Shown: positions 29,161 to 39,622, numbered from the stretch's first letter. The stretch is DNA of 54,036 bases from an uncultured Bacillota bacterium (GCA_946611195.1 CAMODB010000006.1:1-54036); one strand, 5' to 3'. Numbers and translations: made by a program. Notes: generated from the sequence alone by a model not told the origin.

Positions 29161-29469
29161 TTACTCACTTTCTACTTTGGATAGTTCTTTAAATTTCTTA
29201 CTAAAGCCATTATCTAAGATACCAATTACTTTATAATTATTAGTACCAATGGCTTGATTAAGTTCTTTACTATCAAAAGATTTATTTACTTCTACTTGGT
29301 AAAAGTAGGATTTTTTAATTATTTTATCTATTGCTTGATCAGTTGAATCATTAGCTAGAAAAATATAAGAAACTTTTTTATTTTGTAATTTTTCGATTAC
29401 GCTATCAGTTCCTAAACAAACTTTCCCGGCTTTTCGACAAAGACCTAATAAATTTAAGGTTTTATTCAT
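29161..29469 (-). CDS. ylxQ: L7Ae/L30e-family RNA-binding protein (YlxQ)
   Basis: LLGLCRKAGK...ELNQAIG...D.GF; canonical operon position. Confidence 0.9.
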   Translation of the reverse strand: MNKTLNLLGLCRKAGKVCLGTDSVIEKLQNKKVSYIFLANDSTDQAIDKIIKKSYFYQVEVNKSFDSKELNQAIGTNNYKVIGILDNGFSKKFKELSKVESE

Positions 29470-29734
29470 TCTCTAGCCTTCTTAATAATTCATCATAGAT
29501 GGAATCATCAACAGTTATTTCTAAATGCTTATCAAGTAAGTGTTTAGCTTTTGCTTTCTTGACAACATTTAAATCTTTTGTTAAATAAACACCTCGACCT
29601 CTGGTTTTCCCTGTATCACAAATAACGACGTCACCTTCTTTGGTTCTGACGATTCTAAACATTTCTTGTTTAGGATGTTGCATACCGGTTACAACACATT
29701 TACGAAGAGGAACTTTCTTCTCTTTTTCTATCAT
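29462..29734 (-). CDS. ylxR: YlxR/RnpM family RNA-binding protein
   Basis: PLRKCV...RIVR...GRGVY. Confidence 0.92.
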   Translation of the reverse strand: MIEKEKKVPLRKCVVTGMQHPKQEMFRIVRTKEGDVVICDTGKTRGRGVYLTKDLNVVKKAKAKHLLDKHLEITVDDSIYDELLRRLENE

Positions 29735-29744
29735 TTATTCACCA

Positions 29745-30854
29745 TTAGTTTAGAGGTACTAATTTTAATCCTTCTTGTAAAGCTGTTGTTTCATCTTTAA
29801 TGTCAATCTTCCAACCAGTTATTTGGCTAGCTAGACGAGCATTTTGACCACCTTTACCAATTGCTAAACTAAATTTATCATCAGGAACGATTGCGATAGA
29901 CTTTTTTAAATCTTCATCAACAAGAACACTTAATACTTCTGCTGGTGTTAATGCTTCAGCAATAAGTTTCCTTGGATCATCATTCCATACGAAGATATCA
30001 ATTCTTTCACCATTAAGTTCACGATTAATTTCTTTAATACGAGAACCACCAATACCAACACAAGAACCTTTAGGATCAACATTAGGGTTATTGCTTCTAA
30101 CACCAATCTTTGATCTACTGCCTGGTTCACGCGCAATATTTACAACATCAATTACACCACTAGCAACTTCCGGAATATATGTTTCAAATAAGCGTTTGAT
30201 AATTTCAACTTGACTTCTTGTAACATAAACCTTAGGTCCTTTACCACTTTCTTCAACTTTAGTGATAACAACTTTAACAGTCTTACCTATTTCATAAGTT
30301 TCAGAGGCAATTGAATCTTCTTTTAACATTAAGGCGGTAGTATTCATACCTAAATTTAAAATAACAGCACTATCCGTTACACGATCAATCGTTGCAGAAA
30401 TAACTTCATTTTCTCTTTCTTTAAAATATTCATATGCTCTTCTTGAACATGCTTCTTTAATTTTTTGAATGAAGTTTTGTTTAAAACGAGATGCGCCTTT
30501 ACGACCAATATCTTTAAGATCAATTTCTACTCTAAAAGTGGAACCAACACGAACACGTGATTTTAATTCTTTAGCTTCTTCTAAAGTAATATCTCCTTCT
30601 TTACGAACATAAGGAACCATTTCTCCTGTTTCTTCATTTAAGACTTGTGCATTGTCATCAATGACATTGAATTTTTCAAAGATTCTAATCTTCTTTCCTT
30701 CTTCATTAAATTCAATTTCAATAATTCCTTTGTGACCTTCAGCTTGAACAGCTTTAGTTAAGCCAATTCTAACCGCATTGAAAATATCTTCTTTTTCAAT
30801 ACCCTTTTCAATAGCCATGTTTTCTAAATCTTCATAGAATGTTTTGTTGATCAT
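29745..30854 (-). CDS. nusA: Transcription factor NusA
   Basis: S1 and KH domains; AREPGSRSK, SLAIGKGGQNARLA. Confidence 0.98.
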   Translation of the reverse strand: MINKTFYEDLENMAIEKGIEKEDIFNAVRIGLTKAVQAEGHKGIIEIEFNEEGKKIRIFEKFNVIDDNAQVLNEETGEMVPYVRKEGDITLEEAKELKSRVRVGSTFRVEIDLKDIGRKGASRFKQNFIQKIKEACSRRAYEYFKERENEVISATIDRVTDSAVILNLGMNTTALMLKEDSIASETYEIGKTVKVVITKVEESGKGPKVYVTRSQVEIIKRLFETYIPEVASGVIDVVNIAREPGSRSKIGVRSNNPNVDPKGSCVGIGGSRIKEINRELNGERIDIFVWNDDPRKLIAEALTPAEVLSVLVDEDLKKSIAIVPDDKFSLAIGKGGQNARLASQITGWKIDIKDETTALQEGLKLVPLN

Positions 30855-30870
30855 TTTCTTTTACCTCTTT

Positions 30871-31341
30871 TTAAAATTTAACTGCTAAACGAATTTTAGC
30901 GATTTTCTCTTTCTTAATTGTAATTTCTTTTTTTCTAACTTTAATGTTAACTAAAATCATAATTTCATCATCATTTACTTGGAGTAAGTCTCCATAGAAT
31001 TCTTTTAAATTTGTTCCTTCAATTTTCTCATATGTGGAAACATAAATATAATGGTTCAGTGCTTTTTCATAATCTTTAGGCGTTACTATTTCTCTTTCAA
31101 TACCTAAGGTAGTAACTTCTAAATACGCATCATCAGGTAGTGAATCATTAACAATATCTAATAATTCTTGATTTACTTTCGCAACATCATCGATATCGAT
31201 ATCAAAACTTAATTCATTATCAACAATGACACGATAGATATTCATACCATATTCTTTAACATTTTCTACTTTATAAAGAATCAGATTATATTTTTCAACG
31301 ATTGGCTTAACTGATTCAATAATAAAATTTAGAACACTCAT
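30871..31341 (-). CDS. rimP: Ribosome maturation factor RimP
   Basis: YLEVTTLGIER, KIRLAVKF; RBS AAAGGAG before ATG 31341. Confidence 0.93.
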   Translation of the reverse strand: MSVLNFIIESVKPIVEKYNLILYKVENVKEYGMNIYRVIVDNELSFDIDIDDVAKVNQELLDIVNDSLPDDAYLEVTTLGIEREIVTPKDYEKALNHYIYVSTYEKIEGTNLKEFYGDLLQVNDDEIMILVNIKVRKKEITIKKEKIAKIRLAVKF

Positions 31342-31357
31342 ACTTACTCCTTTCATA

Positions 31358-31394
31358 ATAAAGGGTGAGCCAATTTTTTATCAGCTCACCTACT
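31358..31394 (-). promoter_or_regulatory. rimP/nusA operon leader hairpin (attenuator-like)
   Basis: GGTGAGC...GCTCACC stem plus a weak T tract just upstream of the rimP RBS. Confidence 0.6.
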
Positions 31395-31465
31395 TTCTTC
31401 TTCAGTTCTACTCTATCTTACCATAATATTATAAAAAAGTCAAATAATGTTGTTTCATTTATACT

Positions 31466-31479
31466 TGCAATCGTTTTCA
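31466..31479. promoter_or_regulatory. Candidate cre site
   Basis: TGCAATCGTTTTCA matches TGNAANCGNWWNCA; lies in the divergent intergenic region. Confidence 0.45.
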
Positions 31480-31567
31480 AAAATATTATCATAAATCTTT
31501 AATTTTTTATCTTTTTTTGATATAATACTTATACTGTAAAATTTAAATAAATGAAAGGAGGAAAAAT

Positions 31568-33229
31568 ATGTGTAAATTATATCTTAATGGTGTCTTAAAG
31601 GAATTCAAACCCGGTGATCGCGTACTTGATTTGATTGATGAAAAAGATAAGAAAAAATATATGATTTGTAAAGTTAATCTTTCTTTTAAAGAATTAACAT
31701 ATACTTTAACTAATAAACAAGAAAATGCGAAAATCGAACTCTTTGGCTTAGAACATATTGAAGCTGGTCGAGCCTATGAAGCGACCCTTCGTTATGTTAT
31801 CGCAATGGCCTTTTATAAATTATATCCGCACATTAATATTCAATTTCAATATAATGTAAGTAGAAGTATCTTCTGTCGAATTAAGAATCCCAATGAGAAA
31901 ATGTCGAAATATTCCGACCAAGTAATTAAGGAAGTTGCAAAAATTATTAAAGAAGATTTACCTATTGAAAGGATAACTATTCCGGCCAAAGAAGCTATTG
32001 AAATCTATAATCGCTTAGATCATACAGATAAATTAGATATCTTAAAATATCGTCCTGAACAAATTGTTCATCTATATAAATGTGATGATTATTATGATTA
32101 TCTTTATAGTTATATGTTACCATCAACTGGTTTCTTAAAAAATTATCTAATTCGTCCTTATAGTCCTGGTTTAATTATTCAATATCCGCGTTATGAATTA
32201 GACGCCGTTATTCCCGAATTTGTGGAAGAACCAACCTATTCTAGAACCTTAAAAGATGCGGCAATCTGGGGTGAAGTTACGAAATGTAATACCATTGTCG
32301 ATATTAACCATAAGATTGAACATGAAAATATTCGTGATTTCATTCAAACTTGTGAATCTAGACATAATAATATGCTAGCTGAATTAGGAGAAAGAATTCA
32401 AAAACAAATCGATGAAGTAAGATTAATTTGTATTGCGGGACCATCATCAAGTGGTAAAACTACCTTCTGTAATCGGCTTCGAATTGAATTGATGTCGCGA
32501 GGTATTAATCCCATCATGATATCTATGGATGATTATTATTTATCCAAAAATGAAATTATGAAGATTCAAAAAGTAAAGAAGAAAGAAGATTTAGATTTAG
32601 AACATATCAATTGTCTAGATATCGATTTATTCAATAAGAATCTTTTTGATTTAATCAATGGTGAAGAAGTAACCTTACCTAAATATGATTTTGTCTTAGG
32701 CAAAAGAGTAAAAGGTGCTACTTTAAAAATTGATGATCGTACCCCTATTATGATTGAAGGAATCCATGCGTTAAACGAAAAATTAACAAATTCCATTCCT
32801 AAACATCAAAAATTCAAAGTTTATATTGCACCACAAATGCAATCAAATATTGATGATCATGCTCCACTATCGACAACGGATTTAAGATTAATTAGACGAA
32901 TTGTCAGAGATATGAATTTTAGAAATTGTCCAGCTAGTACTACTATTTCTATGTGGCCTAGTGTAAGACGTGGTGAATTCAAATGGATTTATCCTAACCA
33001 AGAAGGTTCTGATTTTGTCTTTAATTCTTCTCTTGCGTATGAATTATGTATCTTCAAAAAATATGCATTACCTGAACTTAAGAAAATCAGTCCGGAAGAT
33101 CCAGAATATGTTACCGCAAACCGTTTAATTAAATATCTAAAATACTTCCAACAAATAGATGATGAATCAAGTATTCCATGTAATTCCTTAATTAGAGAAT
33201 TCATTGGTGGTTCATGTTTTGAAGTATAA
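31568..33229 (+). CDS. Nucleoside (uridine) kinase-like P-loop protein fused to a ThrRS-like N-terminal domain
   Basis: TGS/ThrRS editing-like N-terminus; AGPSSSGKTT, MDDYY, IEGIHALN, RRIVRD. Confidence 0.88.
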   Translation: MCKLYLNGVLKEFKPGDRVLDLIDEKDKKKYMICKVNLSFKELTYTLTNKQENAKIELFGLEHIEAGRAYEATLRYVIAMAFYKLYPHINIQFQYNVSRSIFCRIKNPNEKMSKYSDQVIKEVAKIIKEDLPIERITIPAKEAIEIYNRLDHTDKLDILKYRPEQIVHLYKCDDYYDYLYSYMLPSTGFLKNYLIRPYSPGLIIQYPRYELDAVIPEFVEEPTYSRTLKDAAIWGEVTKCNTIVDINHKIEHENIRDFIQTCESRHNNMLAELGERIQKQIDEVRLICIAGPSSSGKTTFCNRLRIELMSRGINPIMISMDDYYLSKNEIMKIQKVKKKEDLDLEHINCLDIDLFNKNLFDLINGEEVTLPKYDFVLGKRVKGATLKIDDRTPIMIEGIHALNEKLTNSIPKHQKFKVYIAPQMQSNIDDHAPLSTTDLRLIRRIVRDMNFRNCPASTTISMWPSVRRGEFKWIYPNQEGSDFVFNSSLAYELCIFKKYALPELKKISPEDPEYVTANRLIKYLKYFQQIDDESSIPCNSLIREFIGGSCFEV

Positions 33230-33262
33230 AAAAAGAAGGCTAATTTTTTAGCCTTCTTTTTT
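33229..33262. terminator. Bidirectional intrinsic terminator
   Basis: AAAAAAGAAGGCTAA...TTAGCCTTCTTTTTT. Confidence 0.85.
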
Positions 33263-33999
33263 CATTTATTTAATTCATAAAGTATTATTGCACTTGTTAC
33301 CGCAACATTTAAACTTTCTACTCTATTTTGCATTTCAATATAGATATTCTTAGTTGTTAAATTTAAGATTTCATCTCTTACACCATGTGCTTCATTACCA
33401 AATATTAATGCTATCTTTTCACTACTTATTATTGTTTTTAAATTGACACCATTTTTAAGACTAGTTCCATAAACTTTATAATCTAATTCTTTTAATTTTT
33501 TAATGAATGGTATTAAATCTAATTTGATTAAATCTATTTTAAAGATTGAACCTTGTGATGAACGAATCGTTTTGTCATTATAATAATCAACACTATTATT
33601 ACTTGTCACTACCGCATTATAACCTAAAGCGGCAGCTGTACGAATAATAGTACCTAAATTACCTGGATCTTGAATATCATCTAAAATGACAATTTTCTTT
33701 TGTTTAGAAAATGAATAATCTTTCATTTTAACAAGACCAATTATATTTTGTGAATTAATAGTTGTTGTAAGTTTTTTTATTACTTCTTCTGTTACTATAA
33801 TTTTATCAACATCATATTTATTTAATTCAACTTCGTTTGTGCCAATTACACATTCTAAGACTTGTTCTTTATAAGCTTCATCAACTAAATGCAAACCTTC
33901 TATTAAATATTCTTTTCTTAAATTTCTTTCTTTTTTGTCTACTAATTTCGCAAGACTAATAATAAATTTATTATCTTTTGATTCTATTTTTTTAATCAT
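33262..33999 (-). CDS. TrmH/SpoU-family RNA methyltransferase
   Basis: IQDPGNLGTIIRTA, FGNEAHG, ESLNVA. Confidence 0.95.
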   Translation of the reverse strand: MIKKIESKDNKFIISLAKLVDKKERNLRKEYLIEGLHLVDEAYKEQVLECVIGTNEVELNKYDVDKIIVTEEVIKKLTTTINSQNIIGLVKMKDYSFSKQKKIVILDDIQDPGNLGTIIRTAAALGYNAVVTSNNSVDYYNDKTIRSSQGSIFKIDLIKLDLIPFIKKLKELDYKVYGTSLKNGVNLKTIISSEKIALIFGNEAHGVRDEILNLTTKNIYIEMQNRVESLNVAVTSAIILYELNK

Positions 34000-34019
34000 T
34001 AATATCAACTTCCTCCACC

Positions 34020-34847
34020 CTAAGCATTTTGTGAATATATATAATAGAAATAATATATACTCATATTATTATAATAATCTTGGGCTTCATTATAAATCTT
34101 GGAAAAGAAAATTATTAATATGCTTGATACAACAATTAAAATATGTAATAAATAAACAATTAAGAATAATTTCTTATTTAATTTATTTAAACGGCGTGAC
34201 AAAATAAAAATAACGGTAGATATAATTAATAATATCACAGGAATTAAACAGAAGAAAAAGACTGTATGAAACCAATAACGACCTTCACCCATCACCAGTG
34301 TTGGATCAGCTATCATCGCCATTTGATCACTTGTTCGCGCATATATTTCTTCATAAAATTTATTTAAATAATTAGTCATCAAATTATTACCAATTTGATA
34401 AGAAAAGACACTACTAAATAAAATTAAGACAATACTAAATAAGATATATAAATAAAAACTAAAATGGATTTTATCAAAAACTGATTCGACTTCGACAACT
34501 TCTCCACTTTCTAATGTAACCTTATCTTCTTCATCTAATTTATCAATTTTTTCTTTTTTCGTTAATTTTAATTGATCATTGAAAGTTTGATATTCCGCCA
34601 TTAAGATATCAATTTCTTCATCACTATATGGTAATTCTTCTTCATTAAAGACTGCTTCATTATATTTGTTTATTTCAGCTAATAATTCTTCTTTAATTAA
34701 AACCGCTTCTTCATAATTTTTAGGATTAAATTCTTTTTCTAATTCTTTAATTTTTTCATTCGTTTCTTCATCATCTAATTCATTTTTTAATTTTTCTATT
34801 AAAAAAAGATATTCGATATAATTATTTGGTTTTTCTATTTTATACAT
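34020..34847 (-). CDS. Hypothetical membrane protein (acidic N-terminal half, 3 TM)
   Basis: Long ORF; E-rich helical N-terminus; three hydrophobic segments. Confidence 0.75.
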   Translation of the reverse strand: MYKIEKPNNYIEYLFLIEKLKNELDDEETNEKIKELEKEFNPKNYEEAVLIKEELLAEINKYNEAVFNEEELPYSDEEIDILMAEYQTFNDQLKLTKKEKIDKLDEEDKVTLESGEVVEVESVFDKIHFSFYLYILFSIVLILFSSVFSYQIGNNLMTNYLNKFYEEIYARTSDQMAMIADPTLVMGEGRYWFHTVFFFCLIPVILLIISTVIFILSRRLNKLNKKLFLIVYLLHILIVVSSILIIFFSKIYNEAQDYYNNMSIYYFYYIYSQNA

Positions 34848-34964
34848 TGTTATTAACCTTTCATTCAATCATTTGATTATATCATATATTTAAAAAAAAT
34901 ATTAAATAAATAATATGTGATAAAAAAATATGTTATAATTTTAAGGTAATTTAAAGGAGGATTT

Positions 34965-36083
34965 ATGATTTATTTTGATCATTCCGCCACTACTAAACCT
35001 AGTGAAGAAATATTAGATTTATATAAAAAAATTAGCACAGAATATTGGTATAATAGTGAAACCTTATATAATGAAGGTAAAAGATCTAACGCTTTATATT
35101 TAAAAAGCTATGAAACAGTATTAAAAGAAATGAAACTTGTAAATAAAAAAGTCCTTTTTACATCAGGAGCTACGGAAGCCAATAATACTGCTCTTTATGG
35201 TTACATAGCTAATTTTAAAAATAAAGATTGTGAATTAATCACTTCCAAAATTGAACACGCTAGTGTCTTAAAAGTATATCAAGATCTTGAAAAACAAGGT
35301 TTTAAAGTAACTTATCTTGATGTTGATGATGAAGGGAATGTTGATTTAGAACAATTAAAGAAAACCTTAAATAATAAAACTGTTCTTTTATCTATTATGT
35401 GGGTTAATAATATTATTGGTTCTATTCAACCCATCAAAGAAATAATTAATATTTTAAAAGATTATCCAAGATGTAAATTTCATGTAGATTGTGTTCAAGG
35501 CTATGGTAAAATAAAACCTGATTTTGATTTTAATGATTTAGATTTTATTACCCTTAGCGGTCATAAATTACATGGCATAAAAGGAACTGGTTGTTTAATC
35601 TATACTAATAATATCAATCTTTCTTTTATGAAAGGTGGTCATCAACAAGATTCAATCAGACCCGGAACTTTAGATTTAGCTGGTGCTGTTTGTATGGCTA
35701 AAACTATTCAAAATGCTTATAAGAATTATCGTTTTGATGATGTTAAAGAAAAATATTTATATTTAGTAAAAAAACTAGAAAATTGTCCTAATTTAATTTT
35801 AATTAGAAATCATTCCTCATATTCCCCTTATATTCTTAATATTAATATACCTTCTTTAAGAGCTGAAACTGCTTTACATCTTTTAAATGAAAAAGGGATA
35901 ATTGTAGGAACCGGGTCAGCTTGTAATTCTAAATCAAAAGATTTAGATCCTGCCTTATCGAGTATTTTGAAAAATAAATTAAACCCTATTAATAGTATTA
36001 GAATAAGTTTAGATAGTAGTAATACTTATGAAGAATTAGATTTATTAATTAAAGAATTATCTAGTATGGGAGGAACAAAATGA
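34965..36083 (+). CDS. iscS: Cysteine desulfurase (IscS/NifS group I)
   Basis: YFDHSATT, FTSGATE, IEH, SGHKLHGIKG, GSAC. Confidence 0.9.
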   Translation: MIYFDHSATTKPSEEILDLYKKISTEYWYNSETLYNEGKRSNALYLKSYETVLKEMKLVNKKVLFTSGATEANNTALYGYIANFKNKDCELITSKIEHASVLKVYQDLEKQGFKVTYLDVDDEGNVDLEQLKKTLNNKTVLLSIMWVNNIIGSIQPIKEIINILKDYPRCKFHVDCVQGYGKIKPDFDFNDLDFITLSGHKLHGIKGTGCLIYTNNINLSFMKGGHQQDSIRPGTLDLAGAVCMAKTIQNAYKNYRFDDVKEKYLYLVKKLENCPNLILIRNHSSYSPYILNINIPSLRAETALHLLNEKGIIVGTGSACNSKSKDLDPALSSILKNKLNPINSIRISLDSSNTYEELDLLIKELSSMGGTK

Positions 36084-37297
36084 GCGATCGTATCTTAATC
36101 CGTTATGGAGAATTAAGTCTTAAAAAAAGTAATCGTAAACAATTTACTGATAAGATGAAATTCACGATTAAAAGAGCTTTAAAAGATTATCCTAATTTAG
36201 AATATTTAGATTGTTCAATGCGTTTCTATATTATTTTAAATGATGTTAATCCCGATTTAATCATCCCAATTCTTAAAAAAATACCTGGTATTTATTCTTT
36301 TAGTATCGTTTCTTATTGTGAAAAAGATTTAGATAAAATTAAAGAATTATCTTGTAAATTATTAAAAGAAGAATTAGCCCATAATGAAGGGACAATTAAA
36401 GTTAATACTAGCCGTTCAGATAAAGATTTTCCGATGGAATCACTAGAAATAAGTAAAGCTATCGCTTCTTATCTTTTTAAAAACATTCCTAATCTAAAAG
36501 CTGATGTTCATAATCCGAAAATCGTACTTAATGTCGATTTAAGAGTAGAAGGTTGTTTTATTTATACTAACATTCATTATGGATTAGGGGGACTACCAAA
36601 TGGATCAATCGGTAAAGTAGAATTATTAATCAGTGGGGGAATTGATTCCGTAGTAGCTGGTTATTTGGGTATTCGAAAAGGAATGGAAATTGAAGCTATT
36701 CATTACGCAAGTCCACCATATACATCAGATATGGCTGTTCAAAAAGTAATTGATTTATTAGAAAAATTAACTCCTTATACAGAATACCAATCTATTACTT
36801 TAATTATTGTTCCTTTTACCAAGATTCAACAAGCTATTTATGATAATTGTCGTGATGATTATTGTATTACAATTATGAGAAGAATGATGTATCGGATAGC
36901 CGATAGACTTGCGAGAGAAAGAAATGCTTTAGGTATCTTAAATGGTGAAAATATTGGACAAGTCGCTTCCCAAACCTTAGAAAGTATTCAAACCATTGGT
37001 TCCGTTACTGATTTACCAGTGATTAGACCATTATCAACAATGGATAAGAGTGAAATTATTGAAATAGCTAAACAAATAGATACTTATGATATTTCTATTC
37101 GTCCATATGAAGATTGTTGTACAGTCTTTGTTCCAAAACATCCCCAAATAAAACCAAGAAAAGAAATGGCAGAAAGTCAAGAAAAGAAATTTGATTATCA
37201 AACATTAATTGATGAAGCGGTAAATAATGTTCGCTATATAAAGCTTACCACCAATAAACATCATGATATCTTTTTAAATGATGACAATATCTTTTAA
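36080..37297 (+). CDS. thiI: tRNA 4-thiouridine synthase ThiI
   Basis: RYGELSLK, THUMP domain, SGGIDS, GQVASQT, EDCC. Confidence 0.97.
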   Translation: MSDRILIRYGELSLKKSNRKQFTDKMKFTIKRALKDYPNLEYLDCSMRFYIILNDVNPDLIIPILKKIPGIYSFSIVSYCEKDLDKIKELSCKLLKEELAHNEGTIKVNTSRSDKDFPMESLEISKAIASYLFKNIPNLKADVHNPKIVLNVDLRVEGCFIYTNIHYGLGGLPNGSIGKVELLISGGIDSVVAGYLGIRKGMEIEAIHYASPPYTSDMAVQKVIDLLEKLTPYTEYQSITLIIVPFTKIQQAIYDNCRDDYCITIMRRMMYRIADRLARERNALGILNGENIGQVASQTLESIQTIGSVTDLPVIRPLSTMDKSEIIEIAKQIDTYDISIRPYEDCCTVFVPKHPQIKPRKEMAESQEKKFDYQTLIDEAVNNVRYIKLTTNKHHDIFLNDDNIF

Positions 37298-37352
37298 ATA
37301 AATTGACAAATAATTTTATTCATTATATAATAATAAAAACGGAGGTCTTTTT

Positions 37353-37613
37353 ATGAAACATTATGAATATATTCCTAAAATGGTTTGTTCAAGACTAATA
37401 TCATTTGACTTAGATGAAGAAAATAGAATCCACAATTTAGGTTTCTTAGGTGGTTGTAATGGTAATTTAAAAGCCATTAGTAAATTATTAGAAAATAGAC
37501 CTGCTATGGATGCGGTTAATATCCTCCAAGGTAATACTTGTGGTCCACGTTCTACTAGTTGTGCTGATCAATTAACTTTAGCTTTAATTGAAGCCTTAAA
37601 AGACGCAAAATAA
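37353..37613 (+). CDS. TIGR03905-family TSCPD-like protein
   Basis: VCS, GGCNGN, TSCADQL. Confidence 0.85.
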   Translation: MKHYEYIPKMVCSRLISFDLDEENRIHNLGFLGGCNGNLKAISKLLENRPAMDAVNILQGNTCGPRSTSCADQLTLALIEALKDAK

Positions 37614-37645
37614 AAGTATTTAAGATTTTTCTTAAATACTTTTTA
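37613..37645. terminator. Bidirectional terminator
   Basis: AAAAGTATTTAAGA...TCTTAAATACTTTT. Confidence 0.7.
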
Positions 37646-38381
37646 TTTTATATAAATAACTATTACCTCTTTTACCAATTCTTTCCATTAAGGATAGATA
37701 ACAATAAAGATATAAAGTAATCGAAGCAGTTCGCTCATCTAAATGCATAATCTTTTTGAATTCTTTTAAAGTGAAGACTTCTGGTAAATCATATTCGAAT
37801 AAAATTTGTAAAAAATCATGATAATCATTAATTTCATAAATTCTTTTAATTTGTTTAGGAATTTGATTTTCTCTTTCATATCCTTTAGACATAAAAGAAG
37901 TTTTTTCTTTTTCTATTCTAAATTCTTCCATATCCATCATGATAATTCTAAGTTTTAAATGTTCATCTCTTAAATATTCTTTGATGCGGTAGAGTTCCCG
38001 CATACAATAAAAGAATTTTAAATGACGAGGACTTTTTCTCTCTTTAATGATTTCTCCATATTCATTACTTAAATAATAATATGTGCTTTCGGCCATGGGA
38101 TGAACAAGTATTACTTCATAATCTTTTAAGAAAAAAGCTAATTTATCTTTTAATAAATTAAAAGATTTAGTTTGTACTTCATAAATTGTTTGACCAATCT
38201 TTACATCCGCAAAGCGTGATCCAACTTTGATTTCATGATTTTCTAATGCTGGTGATAAATAAAATTTCATTACGCGATGTAGAGTATGTTCTTGACGAAT
38301 ACCAATATTATTTTTATCACCAGAAGTTCTTGATAATTCAAGAGCTTTTTTTAATTTTTCATTTTCAATCTCTAACGACAT
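37632..38381 (-). CDS. Putative PD-(D/E)XK nuclease-fold protein with C-terminal winged-helix-like region
   Basis: EHTLH, HEIKV...ADV...YEVQT; start uncertain (38381 or 38420). Confidence 0.6.
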   Translation of the reverse strand: MSLEIENEKLKKALELSRTSGDKNNIGIRQEHTLHRVMKFYLSPALENHEIKVGSRFADVKIGQTIYEVQTKSFNLLKDKLAFFLKDYEVILVHPMAESTYYYLSNEYGEIIKERKSPRHLKFFYCMRELYRIKEYLRDEHLKLRIIMMDMEEFRIEKEKTSFMSKGYERENQIPKQIKRIYEINDYHDFLQILFEYDLPEVFTLKEFKKIMHLDERTASITLYLYCYLSLMERIGKRGNSYLYKIKSI

Positions 38382-38701
38382 TGACGTTTCATTAATTGTT
38401 TCTTTTGACATACAGGACACTTTGCGATACGAGCATTATCGCCTCTAGTAGTAAATAAACCTTCTATAAAAGATAATTTTTTAGCATTGTGACATTCTTC
38501 ACATATATATACATAAGTATTAATACGGATGATTGTTACAACTAAATAACCAACAACAAAAACAATAAAGAATAAATAAACAAAGATTAACCAAGAATCA
38601 GTATTTGTAAAAATACAGATAAAGAGCATTAATAAAATAGCTATCAATAAAGTGAAATAAATACCAATAATTGTTACTAAGACTTTTTCTTTCTTTTTCA
38701 T
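38372..38701 (-). CDS. Small 2-TM protein with C-terminal Zn ribbon
   Basis: Two TM helices; CEEC...CPVC. Confidence 0.75.
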   Translation of the reverse strand: MKKKEKVLVTIIGIYFTLLIAILLMLFICIFTNTDSWLIFVYLFFIVFVVGYLVVTIIRINTYVYICEECHNAKKLSFIEGLFTTRGDNARIAKCPVCQKKQLMKRQCR

Positions 38702-39543
38702 TTACCTTCAACCTCTTTTTCTTGTAAAGAATGAAGGACAGCTAATTCATGATTAACAACCATTTTATCAATAATTTTTTTGATTGTTCCCTCTAATTCA
38801 CTATTCTTAGTATAATTTGCCGGACAGACAAAATTTACTCTTTTTTCTAATAATAATTGTTGAACTCTTCTTTTATCTTTGTGGTATAACGCAATACTTT
38901 CTCCACCACGGTCTTTAACTAATTTCATACAAGGAACATCAGTTAAACCATCACCAATATATATCATATTAGAATATGGGACACTACGGTCAACCATTGA
39001 CATATAAGAATTAACAACTGAATCATCATATAAATCCAAAGCACCTTTACTGATACGGAAAATAAATTGGGTTTTTGTTGTATAATTAACAATTTGACAT
39101 GGCCAATCAGCATTACCATTAGTATTATAATGGAATTCACAACCATAAATTTTTTTGAAATATTTGGCGATTTCCGTGCCTTCCATGATTTCTTTTAGAC
39201 CACTAGATATAATATAATGTTCAATCTTTACACCTTTTTCTTCACCATATTTGTTAATCCTATTAAACCAAGTTTTAACACCAGGAAGTAAAACGACATC
39301 TTTACCTAATTGATTAAAAGCATCTCTGGTGATTTCTACTCCTTTTTTTCTGGCTTGTCTAATCATTAAAAACATATATGCTAAAATACGGTCCATATTA
39401 TATTCTCGACTGATATTATCAGCTTCAGTCCAGAATTCATCGGGAGTCATATCAAGACTAGGAATAAAAGTATATTCTTGTTGGTCAGTAGTTGATAAAG
39501 TTTTATCAAAATCATATAATAATGCGATAGTAGTTTGTTCCAT
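38698..39543 (-). CDS. HAD-family hydrolase
   Basis: DFDKTL, ISSG, KT, GDGLTD. Confidence 0.9.
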   Translation of the reverse strand: MEQTTIALLYDFDKTLSTTDQQEYTFIPSLDMTPDEFWTEADNISREYNMDRILAYMFLMIRQARKKGVEITRDAFNQLGKDVVLLPGVKTWFNRINKYGEEKGVKIEHYIISSGLKEIMEGTEIAKYFKKIYGCEFHYNTNGNADWPCQIVNYTTKTQFIFRISKGALDLYDDSVVNSYMSMVDRSVPYSNMIYIGDGLTDVPCMKLVKDRGGESIALYHKDKRRVQQLLLEKRVNFVCPANYTKNSELEGTIKKIIDKMVVNHELAVLHSLQEKEVEGK

Positions 39544-39579
39544 AATTTTTATCTCCTAAATATATTATATCAAAAAAGA

Positions 39580-39613
39580 AAAACTTTTTAAGTAGATATT
39601 ACTTAAAAAGTTT
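39580..39613 (-). terminator. Putative terminator after ftsZ
   Basis: AAACTTTTTAAGTA/TACTTAAAAAGTTT inverted repeat. Confidence 0.55.
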
Positions 39614-39622
39614 ATTTTTTTG

